DNA from: Haliotis cracherodii
Lineage: Eukaryota
Length of the DNA stretch: 64,000 nucleotides
NCBI RefSeq assembly: GCF_022045235.1
Contig: NW_027266273.1
Location: forward strand, 13,206,001-13,270,000
Direction: 5' to 3'
Below the pieces are notes generated by a model. The model saw nothing but the letters and a program-made list of their open reading frames with translations. It did no database searches and was not told the DNA's origin. The translations under genes and the position numbers were made by a program. Shown here in pieces: positions 62,226-64,000 of this stretch (the first letter of the stretch is position 1; each line of letters opens with the position of its first letter).

Positions 62226-62505
62226 GGGGGCACGGGTGGCCCAGTCGTTTAAGGCGCAGCGATTTGCTATGCAGAGTTGCGTCCCTTGGTCCCGCCAGAA
62301 ACCTATGATTGTGGGTTCGAATCCCGGTTGGCCCCGATTATGTTTCTAGGTTTGTCAGCACCATACCCATGCTCGTAGGTTTCACAGAAGTGGTAAACGT
62401 CTGAGACCTGCATCACTTCAGGCTTTCCTCCCACATTAAGCTGACACGCCGCGATATAACTGAAATACTGTTAAAAGCGGCATTAAACCCAACTCACTCA
62501 CTCAC
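62226..62505 (+). mobile_element. SINE family C
   Basis: TSD tcagtagcattta. Confidence 0.9.
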
Positions 62506-63420
62506 TCAGTAGCATTTATGCAGTCTGTGATAACAGCCCCCATGTGTTTTGTACTTCATGTCGATCTGCTTATCTGCATACTTTGTCTTCTCTTCTTCCA
62601 CTGAGTACCTTCTGTTTATACTGCTTGGAGCCTCACATATAATCTCGAGTTCCTGTGACATGATGACCAAGATCCGTTTATGACATGTTTATGAAGAAGT
62701 AAACATTTAATTTTTCAGAAGTTTTGAAAAGTGGATTTTCAGAAACAAAAAATGTCTGTGCTGAAGATTAGGATATTGGTGAACAATAGGTTTAAGGTCT
62801 TGGACTCAAGGCGGAATTAGCCAAGGGTTTTGTAGTTAATGATCAACAGTAACAATTGTTGGTTCTAGATTTTGAAAAAAGTTAGTGGTAAATGCCATGA
62901 AACGATTGGCGGTAAAACTGTAGACAGGGTGTGCGGTACAAGAGCCTCATATTCCATCCTAGTTGAGGAGCAAGCTGATTCATGGTGTGCCCTGAAGATA
63001 TAAGTGGCTTCTACTATGACTTGTTGAATGTAATAACCTTTTTCATTTCAGGTAGATTTAGCTCTAATAATGAAATCATGGCTTCAGAACCATCACATTG
63101 ATTTGTGTTGGCCTGGCTTCACATGCTCAAAGGGATCTCGATGATCGTTACTCCCATACTTTAACATGGACTTACTATGGCAGTGTTACTTTAGCCACTA
63201 GTCCGAGGCCAGAGTCTGTGAAATTCAGTTTGGTCTAGTAAGCTCAGCTGACAATAGTCCATAAAATAACTCTTTTCTACTGAAATTGATGACCAGGGCC
63301 AAATTCAGGCTTATGTACCAAAAGGTTTTTGGCACTGACTGATGTTGAAACAGTACTAAGATTGCTTTGTGCACGTGGGCCTTAGTGTAACATGCCGAGT
63401 GTGTATTTACCACTGTATGG

Positions 63421-63517
63421 TCTTCTTGAGGCAAGGGAGTTAACTGACTGTAAAAAGGCTCAATCGTAGTGCCACCAGTGGCCGTTATAGTCAGTTAACT
63501 CCCTTGCCTCGGGAAGA
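63421..63517. repeat. Hairpin / MITE
   Basis: GAGGCAAGGGAGTTAACTGACT paired with AGTCAGTTAACTCCCTTGCCTC. Confidence 0.75.
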
Positions 63518-64000
63518 TGTTCACCCAACCCTAACTCCACCCACCTACGACTGCTGTCTCTGTGGCTTTGTATTTACATAGTCCACATCGTAAACATACA
63601 CTAATATTTTCAGTAGCAGTGTCATATTGACGCCAGTACATTTTTCTTGTTAGATGTTAGTGGTTCTTGTTAAGATGTGTGTGGTAATACTTTGACTGAC
63701 TCTTCTCTTCACCCAGTGTTTGTTTGCTACCCATGATAATGATGATCATCTCTCCATAGTTGACAATAATCAAAACTCTGGTTGCTCATGTCACTTGTCA
63801 ACATCAACTGGCTCCATTTTAAACATTGATGGATTGGATTAAAAACAATTCATTTGCCTGTCACCACTGTTGAATAGATTAGTAAATTACTAAACTGACC
63901 AATGAAGACGACCTGCCAAAGAGTTAAATATTCATTATCCCCCGCAACGAAGTGGAAGGAGGATATAGGAATGGGTGTTTTTGGTTTGACATATCCATCA

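Overview
Repeat-rich, intron-containing animal DNA. The SINE and gene content suggests a gastropod mollusc, probably abalone (Haliotis); this is inference only. Three spliced genes can be reconstructed by hand with consistent exon phases. (1) The 3' part of a membrane-anchored ZP-domain protein (+, 591-5324). (2) A TRIM-type E3 ligase (-, 17389-11572) with RING, two B-boxes, coiled coil, a split filamin-type Ig domain and PRY-SPRY. (3) TRAF3IP1/IFT54 (+, 38240-59163), with an RFX X-box in its promoter, a large lineage-specific candidate cassette exon and candidate micro-exons. The rest is a nested mobilome: at least five SINE-like families (tRNA-Asp-like, tRNA-Leu-like/V-domain, Meta-domain, a 5S-headed CORE SINE, and one with no Pol III boxes), a Penelope-like element with degenerate hammerhead-ribozyme pLTRs, R4/Dong-type LINE ends, mariner/Tc1/MULE remnants, MITEs, and minisatellites of 42, 44, 50, ~60 and 73 bp. 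Assembly gaps lie at 4260-4520 and 19290-19436. No prokaryotic system or CRISPR array is present. All family assignments come from motif recognition by eye, not database searches.
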